Part shown: positions 1 through 8,469 of the stretch, one piece after another
How positions within the stretch are numbered: the first letter of the stretch is position 1
How the letters are laid out: every line of letters starts with the position of its first letter
DNA from: Micrococcaceae bacterium
GTDB lineage: Bacteria; Actinomycetota; Actinomycetes; Actinomycetales; Micrococcaceae
Assembly: GCA_030540695.1 (NCBI GenBank)
Contig: JAUNVO010000003.1
Span: forward strand, 1 to 40,742
DNA length: 40,742 nucleotides
Direction: 5' to 3'
Notes under the pieces: generated by a model
What the model was told of the DNA's origin: nothing
The model's database searches: none
Seen by the model: the letters and a program-made list of their open reading frames with translations, nothing else
Position numbers and translations under genes: made by a program

Positions 1-1363
1 TGTATTCCCCGGCCAATGCAGTCGAAGGAGCAACAAGGTTGAGGACAGCGTCGACCTTTGCGCTGGTGTTGGGGGTCGTCGTTGAAGCCAGCGTCTGACT
101 CGTGGCAAGCCCAGGGCTATTGGGGTTGACCTTGCCACCCTGTGTCACAGTCCCTACCGGGTTTGTGACCGTGGGGGTCCAGCCCAAGGCTGAACCATCA
201 AATGTTCCAGTCGCCGACTGGAACTGCGAAGTCTTGCCGTTGATGGCCCATCCAGCAGAAACTGTCCTTGTATCTGTGACCTTGACGCCGGGCAAAGCAC
301 CCGTTGCACCGAAAGTTCCGCCGGCCTGCTGTGTTGCCGTGGCCAGTGATGCGGCGCTGGATTCAACGGACCATGAGAATATCTCGGGTTCGGGCTCGAC
401 AGCCACGTCGGGAACCTTGACGTTGAGCTTGACGTTCTTGTCATCGCCCGTTGCTTCGGGCTCAACCGGACTTGCCTTTGAAGTCCAACCGACGGCTACT
501 TCGGTAGCAGCCTTGCGGACATCTGCGCCGCCTCCGGATGAGTACCAGTAGGACTGGGTTCCGGTCTTGCCCTGGAACTCAACGAAATCTGCCGGGAAGG
601 ATCCCCACGTGGCGCCCGTGCTCACTTGAGGGGCTTCCACGGACGTCGGTGCGGCGACACCCAAGTACTCGGGAATCTTGACGAAACCGTCTTCACCTAT
701 TGTTACTCCGGTGAACTTCGCCAAGGTGACCTTGGAGCCAGGAATAGTGACCCACGCGCTGGTGTCCTCCATGGAGGCCCCGTAGCCGCTGGCAGTGGCG
801 GTCAAGGTCGCCGTGCCGTCGCCTTTAACCACTAGTTCCGGGTTGCTCGCGGTCCAGTAGGTCAAACCGCCATAGAAGACGGAGGTAAACGATCCGTCCC
901 ACTTGATGTTGGCAGTTTTTGCGACAGGATCGGCTGTTCCCGTGCCCTTCTTGAGCACGACCTTGTTGTTACTCAGGGCGCTAACACCTGCCGGTGAAAC
1001 ATTTGTACCCGCCCCTGTCTGGCACTTGTTGCCCCAGGTGGAGGCAATGGTGGTTGTGCCCGGGCCGTCTTTCACCACGGAAACATTTCCGTCGGTAACT
1101 TTGAAAAAGCCGTCCGACTCAGTCCAAGCTCGGCTCGAACCGGTGTTACCTGCAGTGCCTGCGGAAAGGAAGTTGCAGCTTCCGTTATAGGCTCCGGCAC
1201 CCGTTTCCTTGTTGAGTCCCCACGTCAAGGAAGCATCGCTAATGGCTTGATCTGCTGCCTGCGCCGGTGCGGCGAATGCCCCCAGGGACAGCACCAGACC
1301 AGCGAGGGTGGCTGTGATGACTGACGTGCGAGTCATGGGGACAGCACGACGAAGTACGGACAT
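1..1363 (-). CDS. Secreted HtaA-like heme-binding surface protein with C-terminal WxL-like domain (3' end runs off the window)
   Basis: Not in the ORF track because it is truncated. Hand translation from ATG 1363 (RBS GGAGGAAAA): signal peptide MSVLRRAVP...AAPAQA, then LTWGLNKE..SCNFLSAG..WDGSFTSVFYGGLTYW..WGSFPADFVEFQGKTGTQSYWYSSGG (paralogous to 1462-2811), then VTDTR..GWAI..F..LGWTP..AGEY. Open to base 1. Confidence 0.85.
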   Translation of the reverse strand, partial: MSVLRRAVPMTRTSVITATLAGLVLSLGAFAAPAQAADQAISDASLTWGLNKETGAGAYNGSCNFLSAGTAGNTGSSRAWTESDGFFKVTDGNVSVVKDGPGTTTIASTWGNKCQTGAGTNVSPAGVSALSNNKVVLKKGTGTADPVAKTANIKWDGSFTSVFYGGLTYWTASNPELVVKGDGTATLTATASGYGASMEDTSAWVTIPGSKVTLAKFTGVTIGEDGFVKIPEYLGVAAPTSVEAPQVSTGATWGSFPADFVEFQGKTGTQSYWYSSGGGADVRKAATEVAVGWTSKASPVEPEATGDDKNVKLNVKVPDVAVEPEPEIFSWSVESSAASLATATQQAGGTFGATGALPGVKVTDTRTVSAGWAINGKTSQFQSATGTFDGSALGWTPTVTNPVGTVTQGGKVNPNSPGLATSQTLASTTTPNTSAKVDAVLNLVAPSTALAGEY

Positions 1364-1385
1364 TTTTCCTCCGAGTGATTGTTGG

Positions 1386-1404
1386 TAAGGATAGGCTAAC
1401 TTAA
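1386..1404. promoter_or_regulatory. DtxR/IdeR iron box
   Basis: TAAGGATAGGCTAACTTAA matches 17/19 of TWAGGTWAGSCTWACCTWA and lies 22 bp upstream of the ATG at 1363. Confidence 0.85.
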
Positions 1405-1461
1405 GTTGTCTAATTTTGCACGAATTGCCAAATGTGAATATGTTGTATTTTTTGTGGGTTG

Positions 1462-2811
1462 TTAACGCTTGTCCTGGCTGAATGGCCAAATAAGCCATCC
1501 CCGGCGGAAACCGACCCAAGAAAAGCCGCCAAGCCCCAGTAGGCCAGCCAGGGACCAAAGCAAGACATCGCGATGGTCAGCGGCGAGCTTCATGGCTTCC
1601 GGGATCAGTGAACCACCCAGCCAGTTTGCGGCCGCCAACGTGGATGCCGTTGTAGTAAGAACGGTTCCGGCGGGAAGTGGGTCTGAACCCAACACCGTTC
1701 CTTCACCTGCTCCACTTCCGATTCCCCATGGGCCATTACGGGAAGACCCGCCAGTTGATAGCAGAGAGGGAGGGAACTTGGCGTCGGTTGAAGGCAATTC
1801 CGCAGCCCACCTCCTACCCTCCGGTGCACTGTCGGGAAGCGTTTCGGCTTCGGCTAAGGGCTCAGATGAGACTTTGGGAACGATGAGATTGTCTGCCGTG
1901 TAGCTTACGTAGAGCGAGGACGGAACCTTGGCCGAATCCCGGAAACCGCCCGATGAGTACCAGTAGGAGCCTTGTCCGGTTGTGGTTTGGAAATCAACGA
2001 AGTCTTTTGGGAACGCGCCCCAAAACTTTCCCGTTCGTACTTGGTCCACGCCTTCGACCTTTACCCCGGAGTATGCAGGTTCGGTAACGATCCCCTTGTC
2101 ACCCAAGGAAACGTTGGGAAGTGTTGCCAAGGTGACAGTTGTTGCCTGCAAAGGTTCCCATTTACTGGTGTCATTCATATCGGATCCGAAGCCGCTGAGG
2201 GTAGCGGTCAGGACCCCTTTGCCACCAGCGACCTTCAGTACGGGGTCTGAAGCGGACCAGTATGTACGACCGTTATACATCGCCACGGTGAACGAGCCTT
2301 TCCAACTGATTTCAGCGGCCCGCTTCTTGGGATTTACTTTTCCTTGTCCGTCAGCGATGACAATCTGGGCACCGGTTCCTGCTTCTGCCACGGATGTTCC
2401 AACAGTGCGCCCCGTAGCATCCTTGCAGCGTCCTGACCAAGAATCAGCGATCCATTTTCCTGAGGCATCAGGTTTTTCAATACGGGTTTTACCGGATTTT
2501 GCGGCGTACAGTCCGTCGGGTTGGGTCCAGTGACGCGAAGAGCCGGAGTCGGCAGCAACACCGGCTGAAAGAAAATTGCAGGTTCCTGGCTCAAATGCCC
2601 CGGAACTTGACTCGGTATTCACGCCCCAGCGGAACTCAGAGTCTTTGACGTCGAATTCGTCAGACTGTGAGGCAGCGCCTGGGATTGTAACGCTGACGTC
2701 TATTGGGCCATCACGCTGATCGGCTATTGCTGGCCCCGGCAAGCCACAGGACAGGGCTGCAAAAAGGAGCACGGCCAACACCGGAGCGATGACTTTTTTC
2801 AGGACCCTCAT
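1462..2811 (-). CDS. HtaA-like surface protein with signal peptide and C-terminal membrane anchor (449 aa)
   Basis: Start reassigned to ATG 2811 (ATGA overlap with upstream stop). MRVLKKVIAPVLAVLLF signal; FRWGVNTE, CNFLSAG, WKGSFTVAMYNGRTYW, WGAFPKDFVDFQ..SYWYSSGG; C-terminal LLWSLAGLLGLGGFSWVGFRR. Confidence 0.8.
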   Translation of the reverse strand: MRVLKKVIAPVLAVLLFAALSCGLPGPAIADQRDGPIDVSVTIPGAASQSDEFDVKDSEFRWGVNTESSSGAFEPGTCNFLSAGVAADSGSSRHWTQPDGLYAAKSGKTRIEKPDASGKWIADSWSGRCKDATGRTVGTSVAEAGTGAQIVIADGQGKVNPKKRAAEISWKGSFTVAMYNGRTYWSASDPVLKVAGGKGVLTATLSGFGSDMNDTSKWEPLQATTVTLATLPNVSLGDKGIVTEPAYSGVKVEGVDQVRTGKFWGAFPKDFVDFQTTTGQGSYWYSSGGFRDSAKVPSSLYVSYTADNLIVPKVSSEPLAEAETLPDSAPEGRRWAAELPSTDAKFPPSLLSTGGSSRNGPWGIGSGAGEGTVLGSDPLPAGTVLTTTASTLAAANWLGGSLIPEAMKLAADHRDVLLWSLAGLLGLGGFSWVGFRRGWLIWPFSQDKR

Positions 2812-4259
2812 ACTCTTTCCCGATTGGTCGTAGGTACCCATTCGGTGCTTGTGCCAGCCGGCAGCGGTGGCTGTTCCGCCCAACGATGCTGCTGTGGCAT
2901 TTCCCGGGGATCCAGCGCGGCGGTGGCACCGAACGAATCTTCATCAGCAGCCTGTTGCTCGTGATGTGCCGTGACGGGTTCGTGCGCTGGTGGCCTGCGA
3001 CGGCGTTGTCTTTGTGAAGCCTTGCGAGGCTTCCGGGTCTGCTTTTTCTTGCGTCGCACCAGCCCGGCAATGAGCGATGACACCACCAGCGCAAGCAGGA
3101 GGGAACCTGCGATGATCACTGCCACCAAGGCCCACCAGACACCGTCGTCTTGTTGATCCTGCGTCTGGGCCAGTGCAGCTGGGTTGGCCATCACGTTGAA
3201 TTCTGTCTCCACCGAAGTGCCCGAACCGGCACCCGTCAACTTGATTTTGTGTGTACCCGGGGCCAAATCAGACGGTATCTGGGCTGCGCCGGCAATTTCA
3301 CCGAAGGAACCGGCTGCGATGGGTCCCGCTGCTGTGACACCGGATGCCAAAGTCGCCACGACTTGCTCCCCTGGAGCGAAGCCTTGGCCTGCAAAGCCGA
3401 GGGTCCGTCCAGCAACGACGGTTTGTTGTTCCACTCCCAATGTAGGCTTCCCGTTTGTAACGGCCCGTGGGACGTCGGCATCGGTCCCAGCCGGCGGTTC
3501 CATTTCTGAGGGGTTGGTGACGGCTGGCGAATCCTGGGCGGGTGAGTTCTCTCGTTGTGCTTGATCTGTGGTGGATCCTGGTAAAGGACCAGGTACCTGC
3601 CGTTCCGGGATGCCTTGCGAAGACGAAGGGGCTTCCGCTTTTAGGGACGGCGAACTTCCGCCAGTCGCCGCAGTGCCGAAGCTCAAGGGTGTGAAGGACT
3701 CATTGTTTCCATTGGCCACGCCGTGTGCACCGAAGGTCATGATGCCACACTGAACTTTCCGGCAGTCAATGGTTTTGCTGGATCCCGAGGCTGTTTCTGC
3801 AGTGAAGGTCGGGCCCGGAATGACCATGTTCAATTTGAAAGACCCGTTCGAACTGATGACTCCGCCGTTGGCGCTCTCGGCGGTACTTGACCCCGGGAAG
3901 GCCACGAATCGCTGGTATCCCTGGTTCTGTTTGGACTGAGAGTCGGCAACATAGAAGAAATCGGAGCCGGTTTTTCCACCCTTGGAAGGGCGCCAAGAGT
4001 TGCTGTTTTCCGCGTGCCCGAAGACCACGTAGATACCGCCGAAGGCATTCTTGATGGACTGTAGGCCCGTGCCACTGACCGTCACGTTGGTGGCGCCGGT
4101 GGCGCTGGCCTTTCCTGTGCCCAGCGAGGACGTGACGCTGACTCGTGCAGCGGCGTCAGCCGGACCTGCCGCCAAGCCAAGCGACATCAAGGCTAGAAGT
4201 ATCACGAGGATGGGTGACAAGATATGCCGTCTGCTTATCGCGGCCAGTGGGATGTTCAT
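2808..4259 (-). CDS. Membrane-anchored surface protein with beta-rich (Ig-like) domains, heme-locus associated
   Basis: Signal peptide ending ADA-A; VTVSGTG..GGIYVVFG; CRKVQC and GAHG; Pro/Ser linker; second domain FAGQGFAPGEQV..DLAPGTHKI; TM helix followed by RRKKK. Coupled to hmuV by ATGA overlap. Confidence 0.75.
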   Translation of the reverse strand: MNIPLAAISRRHILSPILVILLALMSLGLAAGPADAAARVSVTSSLGTGKASATGATNVTVSGTGLQSIKNAFGGIYVVFGHAENSNSWRPSKGGKTGSDFFYVADSQSKQNQGYQRFVAFPGSSTAESANGGVISSNGSFKLNMVIPGPTFTAETASGSSKTIDCRKVQCGIMTFGAHGVANGNNESFTPLSFGTAATGGSSPSLKAEAPSSSQGIPERQVPGPLPGSTTDQAQRENSPAQDSPAVTNPSEMEPPAGTDADVPRAVTNGKPTLGVEQQTVVAGRTLGFAGQGFAPGEQVVATLASGVTAAGPIAAGSFGEIAGAAQIPSDLAPGTHKIKLTGAGSGTSVETEFNVMANPAALAQTQDQQDDGVWWALVAVIIAGSLLLALVVSSLIAGLVRRKKKQTRKPRKASQRQRRRRPPAHEPVTAHHEQQAADEDSFGATAALDPREMPQQHRWAEQPPLPAGTSTEWVPTTNRERV

Positions 4260-5074
4260 ACGAGTTCCTCTACGCGGAAAGTTTGTGCATTAAGGTGGGG
4301 GCGGAGTGGCGCAATGATCAGGCCACCGGATCCGGGGTGTTCAATGACAGCAACCGGATGTCTGTAAACGTCTTCCAGGATTTCCGGCTGCAAGACCTCA
4401 CGGGGCGTACCGACGGAACGTATTCGACCATCCTGCATCAGAACGATGCGATCGGCATATGCGGCAGCAAGGGACAAATCGTGCAACACCACAACGGCGG
4501 TTGCGCCGGCTGCTGCCCTCTGCTGCGTCAGGGTCAGGAGTTGTTCCTGGTATCGGATATCCATCGCGGCGGTCGGTTCATCGAGCATGATGATCTGTGT
4601 TTCTTGGGCCATGGCCCGGGCAAAAGAGACACGTGCTTTTTCGCCCCCGGAGAGGGTCTGAAAGGTTCGCGGTGCCAGCGCCGTGGTATCGGTGATGGTC
4701 AACGCGTCGAGGACGACCTGATCGTCCCGGTGTGCTTCTTCGCTACCAGTCCAGGGCGCACGGCCCATACGGACAACATCAGCGGCACTGAATGCAAAGG
4801 AAACCTTGGTCTCTTGCATCTGGACCGCTCGGACTTTGGCCAATTCCTTGACATTCCATGAGCCTAGGACGCGCGAGTGCAGTTCAATGGAACCGGAATC
4901 AAGGGATACATCGCCGCACAAAGCGCCAAGAAGGGTGGATTTTCCGGCTCCGTTGGGGCCGACCAACGCTACCAGTTCGCCCGGAAACAGTTCCAGGTCG
5001 ATGCCGTCGAGAATTGTTCGTCCGCCCAAGGAAATGTGTGCGGACTTTGCGGCAAGCACGTTCTGCCGGCTCAA
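4256..5074 (-). CDS. hmuV: Heme ABC transporter ATP-binding protein
   Basis: GPNGAGKST, LSGGEKARV, LDEPT, LHDL. TTG 5074 is 6 nt from AGGAGG and overlaps the hmuU stop (alternative start 5080). Confidence 0.9.
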   Translation of the reverse strand: MSRQNVLAAKSAHISLGGRTILDGIDLELFPGELVALVGPNGAGKSTLLGALCGDVSLDSGSIELHSRVLGSWNVKELAKVRAVQMQETKVSFAFSAADVVRMGRAPWTGSEEAHRDDQVVLDALTITDTTALAPRTFQTLSGGEKARVSFARAMAQETQIIMLDEPTAAMDIRYQEQLLTLTQQRAAAGATAVVVLHDLSLAAAYADRIVLMQDGRIRSVGTPREVLQPEILEDVYRHPVAVIEHPGSGGLIIAPLRPHLNAQTFRVEELV

Positions 5075-6213
5075 GACCAACCTCCTGAACCGCGCCGGGT
5101 CCTACGGATCAACCAGAAGAAGAAGGGGCCTCCGACCAAGGCTGTAAGCATGCCGATGGGCAAATCGGCGTTGGTGACCAAAGTTCGTGCAGAGGTGTCG
5201 GCGATCAGCAGCAGGACGGCGCCGCCCAACGCGCTGGCGGGGAGCAGGACATGGTGGCTCGGGCCCATGGCCATGCGCAGGATGTGAGGCACGACCAATC
5301 CCACGAAACCGATGATTCCGGCAAAGGCGACGGCACCCGATGTCAGAATTGCCACCAAAACGATGACTTGGATACGAAGGGTTTCAACATTGACCCCGAG
5401 GTGGCGGGCTGGACGCTCGCCCAGCGAGAGGAGGTCGAGTTTTCGGGTAAAGAAGAAGGCTAGCCCGATACCGAGCACGGTGATGGGCGCGGCAACCAGC
5501 ACATTTTCCCAGCGGGTGCCATTGAGCGAACCGAGTTGCCAGAAAATGATTTGTTCGCGCGAGGTTGAGTCGCCCAAGAACGTCATCAGGGCTATGACCG
5601 CCCCGCCGACTGCATTGATCGCGATACCGGTCAGCACCAGAGTGACGACTTCGGTTCGCCCTGATTGGCGGGCCGTGGCGTAGACAAGACCAGTGGCTGC
5701 CAGACCACCTAGAAAAGCTGCGAAAGCCACCGTCCAGTGCCCTAAGAAATCAAGGCCAAAGACGATGACGATGCAGGCAAAGGCTGCGGCTCCGGAGGAA
5801 ACCCCCACGACACCGGGCTCGGCCAATGGGTTCCCAAAAACCCCCTGCATCAGGACTCCCGAGCAAGCAAGCGCCGATCCGATGACGATGGCCATGACCA
5901 CACGAGGAAAGCGGATCGCCCATAGCGCCGATTCGGCATGGGGGTGCTCGGCCGGAATACCCAGGGGGACACCGATTTTGTGCATGATACTGGAGACGAC
6001 CTCGCCAATACCCAATTGCATTTGGCCCACTCCGGAACTGACCAGGGCTGTAACAACTAGGGCAACGGAAAGCCCGGCGATGACACCACCGACAGCAAGT
6101 TGCCGTCGTGGCGACGACCGTTTTTTTGCCGGCGGCAATGACGGGGTGTTTTGGGCGGTCAGCGCGACTTGGTTGAGCGAAGGCAAGGGCAAGGGTTTTA
6201 GGTTGCTGGTCAC
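5071..6213 (-). CDS. hmuU: Heme ABC transporter permease (FecCD family)
   Basis: IRFPRVVMA, QGVFGNPLAEPGVVGVSSGA, LGERPARHLGV, IGFVGLVVPH, LPIGMLTALVGGPFF. Confidence 0.9.
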   Translation of the reverse strand: MTSNLKPLPLPSLNQVALTAQNTPSLPPAKKRSSPRRQLAVGGVIAGLSVALVVTALVSSGVGQMQLGIGEVVSSIMHKIGVPLGIPAEHPHAESALWAIRFPRVVMAIVIGSALACSGVLMQGVFGNPLAEPGVVGVSSGAAAFACIVIVFGLDFLGHWTVAFAAFLGGLAATGLVYATARQSGRTEVVTLVLTGIAINAVGGAVIALMTFLGDSTSREQIIFWQLGSLNGTRWENVLVAAPITVLGIGLAFFFTRKLDLLSLGERPARHLGVNVETLRIQVIVLVAILTSGAVAFAGIIGFVGLVVPHILRMAMGPSHHVLLPASALGGAVLLLIADTSARTLVTNADLPIGMLTALVGGPFFFWLIRRTRRGSGGWS

Positions 6214-7316
6214 TTGGTTGCAACCGCGGTTTCAGGTGCATATATGGCTACGGAAAGTGCTTCTAGGATGCCAGCTGAATTGGGGCCAAAACTCAGAACC
6301 TGAGAATCAGCCATGTCTACAATGCGTTTTTTTGCCCCGGCTGGGGTGTGGGCCAGTGCTGGGACGCTGGTGCTGATTGCCTCGGCCCCGCCCGTCGACT
6401 CCAGTCCCTTGGTCATCATGATCACTAGGTCTGGTTCCGCTTCCACCATGGCTTCGTCGGTCATTGGACTCATGCCTTTCCAGCCAATTTCGCTTGCAAC
6501 ATCGATTCCGCCCAGTGATTGGATCAGTGAGTCAGCGCCGGATTCCTTGCCAAAGAGGTAATAGACGCCCGATTGCCCCCGTGCGTATAGAAAAAGCATC
6601 CTGAGCCGTTCATCGCCCCTAGGTGCAATGGCGCTGATTTTCGCAACCATTTCGTCAACCTCTTTTTGGGTTCTCTTTGCCAGTCTTTCGCCTTCGTCCG
6701 GTACTCCGAGCGCGGAAGAGATCTGCATGATCATGTCTTCCGTATTCTCCAAGGAACGGTGAGAATCGAGAACGAGAACGGGGATTCCGGCTTCACGCAT
6801 CTGCAAAACGACGTCCCAAGGTCCAAGTGAGGAGTCGGTGATGATCACCGTGGGAGCTAGTTGCAAAATTGCTTCAGCATTTAGCTCGTGGCCGTTCTGG
6901 GTCACCAACGGAAGATCCTTGATTTCGTCGAAATCAGAGGAGGCGTCTCTGCCGATCACATTCTCGCCAAGGCCTAGATCGAACACGATGCGAGAAGAGG
7001 TGCCATAGAGATCAATGGGGAGGATGCGGGATACATCCGAAATAGTGACAGTTGTATCCTGGGCATCTTGGACAGTGACTGGGAGTTTTGTGTCGGGATT
7101 GTTTGCCACCGGGTTCAGTATTGGTTGAGATAACTGCGCGGTGGATGGGCCTTCGTATGCCTTTGGGTCATCAATGAACTTGGCGCTGCCCAATGAAACT
7201 CCGGGGCCACTTATTACTGCACCCGGCAAGGACGAGCATGCAACAAGCATGGTTGCAGATAGCGTCGCTGCCAAGAGCAGTTTCGGCGTCCGGTGACGGG
7301 ACGGTGTGATGCGCAA
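6210..7316 (-). CDS. hmuT: Heme-binding lipoprotein of ABC transporter
   Basis: Lipobox LVAC; TQNGHELNAE (His ligand) and FLYARG (Tyr-x-Arg as in corynebacterial HmuT). TTG 7316 follows GGAGGAAAA. Confidence 0.9.
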   Translation of the reverse strand: MRITPSRHRTPKLLLAATLSATMLVACSSLPGAVISGPGVSLGSAKFIDDPKAYEGPSTAQLSQPILNPVANNPDTKLPVTVQDAQDTTVTISDVSRILPIDLYGTSSRIVFDLGLGENVIGRDASSDFDEIKDLPLVTQNGHELNAEAILQLAPTVIITDSSLGPWDVVLQMREAGIPVLVLDSHRSLENTEDMIMQISSALGVPDEGERLAKRTQKEVDEMVAKISAIAPRGDERLRMLFLYARGQSGVYYLFGKESGADSLIQSLGGIDVASEIGWKGMSPMTDEAMVEAEPDLVIMMTKGLESTGGAEAISTSVPALAHTPAGAKKRIVDMADSQVLSFGPNSAGILEALSVAIYAPETAVATK

Positions 7317-7677
7317 TTTTCCTCCGGTGAGCAACGACAAATTAATCTTGGGGCGGACGTGTTAGATGGATCCTGAGCGCACCCCCAAGAGGTTCGGTAA
7401 AGGTGTCCTAACTTGAAGAGATTACCTTAAGGTACAAAAATCTGCCCCAATCGAAGGGTCTTGAGTTCTTGGCTGTCATGGCGATCTGGAGTTGACGGCA
7501 CGCATTTTTGCCCACCCTTGGTCGCTTCGGGCCATGTCAAACAAGATATAAATATATTTTTCTGTCGCGAATCCATCCCGTGGCATACGCCAAGCGTGGG
7601 TGGTGTTGCCAGTGATGGTGCGTCCACGTGTCGTAAGATAACCACATGAAAGGTATCGTTAATTATTCGAGAGATGG

Positions 7678-7696
7678 TTAGGTTAGGGTTATCTCA
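7678..7696. promoter_or_regulatory. DtxR/IdeR iron box upstream of hmuO
   Basis: TTAGGTTAGGGTTATCTCA matches 16/19 of the consensus, 22 bp before the ATG at 7719. Confidence 0.8.
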
Positions 7697-7718
7697 GATG
7701 ACAACTTAGGGGACATAC

Positions 7719-8387
7719 ATGGCAACTACCGCCGGAACACTCTTTTCTGCGAAGCTCAAGGAAGTAACGCAGGCCGACCATAGCGAAGCTGAAAGCAGCG
7801 AATTCATCACGACGCTCATGGGCGGTTCGAGGAGTTCAAGGGATTACGTGCTATTGCTCGCGCAATACACCTACATCTATGCGGCCTTGGAGTCCGAGGT
7901 GCGTGCTCTGAGCGAACGGCATGAATTGGCGGCGCTCTTCGATCTCCGGCTCGAGCGTGCCGCGCACATCCATGCGGATCTGGCTATTCTTTTACCCACC
8001 CATGGGTTCGCGGACATCCCAGCACCATTGGAAGCCACCGTTGACTACGTCAGGCATATCCGCGACGCGGCCGAAGACCCCGCGCGCATCGTCGCACACC
8101 ACTATCTGCGCTATCTGGGGGATCTCTCCGGCGGGCAAATCATCGGACGGCTGGTTGAGCGACACTACGGGATTACGCCGGAAGCGCTGAGCATGTGGCG
8201 GTTCGACGGAATAGACAAGTACAAGCCATATAAGGACGAATACCGCAGAAAGCTTGATGCCTATGCGGTGACACCCGAGCGGGCTTCTGCCCTGCTCGAA
8301 GAGGCGGCGAAGGGATTCACGCTTAACAAGGCGCTGTTTAGGGATTTGCTCACCCAATCACAGCTGTCGACGTTGATGTCGGCATAA
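7719..8387 (+). CDS. hmuO: Biliverdin-producing heme oxygenase
   Basis: TQADHSEAE (proximal His) and AHHYLRYLGDLSGGQII signature. Confidence 0.93.
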   Translation: MATTAGTLFSAKLKEVTQADHSEAESSEFITTLMGGSRSSRDYVLLLAQYTYIYAALESEVRALSERHELAALFDLRLERAAHIHADLAILLPTHGFADIPAPLEATVDYVRHIRDAAEDPARIVAHHYLRYLGDLSGGQIIGRLVERHYGITPEALSMWRFDGIDKYKPYKDEYRRKLDAYAVTPERASALLEEAAKGFTLNKALFRDLLTQSQLSTLMSA

Positions 8388-8390
8388 CAA

Positions 8391-8464
8391 GCGCCGGCGG
8401 ATTCCAGTTCCGTCGGTGCGGAAGCGGATTTGCGGGGTCTGGTAACACCCCGCGAGTCCGCTTC
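8391..8464. terminator. Tandem hairpins between convergent hmuO and alkA
   Basis: GCGCCGGCGGA-7-TCCGTCGGTGC (8391-8419) and 18-bp stem GAAGCGGATTTGCGGGGT-8-ACCCCGCGAGTCCGCTTC (8421-8464, two G-U pairs). Confidence 0.65.
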
Positions 8465-8469
8465 TTCCG

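Noticed and set aside
3160-3180. Sortase motif (LAQTQ) before the TM helix of the surface protein
   Set aside because: It lacks the Gly of LPxTG/LAxTG and is followed by a long cytoplasmic tail; a plain membrane anchor is more likely.
7427-7649. Two small overlapping ORFs in the hmuT-hmuO gap
   Set aside because: No convincing RBS or coding-like composition; this is a regulatory region.
8441-8453. 13-bp GGTAACACCCCGC repeated at 37449-37461 as possible att sites
   Set aside because: Matches of this length are expected by chance in 40 kb of GC-rich DNA, and no integrase or tRNA is present.
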